From: Naegleria gruberi
Taxonomy: Eukaryota
Strand: one strand, 5' to 3'
DNA length: 64,000 bases
Assembly (NCBI GenBank): GCA_000004985.1
Contig: GG738888.1
The translations under genes were made by a program, and so were the position numbers. Of the stretch, positions 63,862-64,000 are shown one piece after another (the first letter of the stretch is position 1; the number at the start of each line of letters is the position of its first letter). Under the pieces are notes generated by a model. That model did not search any database. It saw only the letters and a program-made list of their open reading frames with translations, and had not been told where the DNA came from.

Positions 63862-64000
63862 TTGAAATTCTATGATTTTTTTTAATTTTGTGAGCGAATA
63901 ATAATAGCGGGAAAGCTACGCTCATAAAAATGAAGGAGGTTTTTATCTAAAAACACAAACGACTCACAAAAAGTATATTTCGACTGTCATTTTATCCTAT

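Noticed and set aside
1-64000. Prokaryote-style features: CRISPR arrays, operons, sigma-70 promoters, Rho-independent terminators and insertion sequences
   Set aside because: This is clearly spliced eukaryotic DNA, so none of these are expected. I see no direct-repeat and spacer arrays and no transposase, integrase or reverse-transcriptase ORF on either strand.

Overview
This 64-kb window is eukaryotic nuclear DNA from an AT-rich genome (about 65-67% AT), not a prokaryotic locus. It carries about 30 closely packed protein-coding genes on both strands, roughly one per 2 kb.

At least 12 genes contain very short spliceosomal introns of 40-63 nt with GTAAGT or GTATGT donors and YAG acceptors. 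I placed these by reading-frame continuity and conserved motifs. Intergenic spacers are short, and start codons commonly sit in an aaaaATG context. Several convergent gene pairs have stop codons only 5-45 bp apart.

I found no rRNA or tRNA gene, no CRISPR array and no recognisable transposon. The only repeats are short microsatellite and AT-rich tracts.

Gene content is dominated by signalling proteins:
- Two single-pass receptor-like Ser/Thr kinases, one with a parallel beta-helix ectodomain and one with NHL-repeat plus EGF-like ectodomain.
- A kinase fused to a tandem ~35-aa helical repeat (resembling Pfam DUF4116).
- A multi-pass membrane hybrid histidine kinase.
- A 7TM protein with a C-terminal RGS domain.
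- Two paralogous Ras-like GTPases with N-terminal F-box-like regions, one of them a pseudoGTPase.
- An LZTR1-like Kelch/BTB protein, F-box/LRR proteins, an RCC1-like protein, a CHIP-type U-box ligase and a Zn2Cys6 protein.

Alongside these are housekeeping enzymes: 2-oxoglutarate dehydrogenase E1, microsomal epoxide hydrolase, 5'-nucleotidase, a TruA-type pseudouridine synthase and a zinc alcohol dehydrogenase.

The most unusual gene is a phage T4 Rnl1-like RNA ligase carrying a long charged tail. It lies immediately downstream of the pseudouridine synthase.

The mix of signalling families, short introns and gene density fits a free-living amoeboid protist, for example a Naegleria-like heterolobosean or a dictyostelid-like amoebozoan. 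I cannot decide which without a database search.

Two caveats apply to the supplied ORF track:
- It uses alternative start codons (TTG, GTG, ATT), so a leading 'M' is often not a real ATG.
- It splits multi-exon genes into separate ORFs.

Feature coordinates below are gene spans. Exon coordinates in the evidence fields are my manual estimates, accurate to about +/-2 nt.
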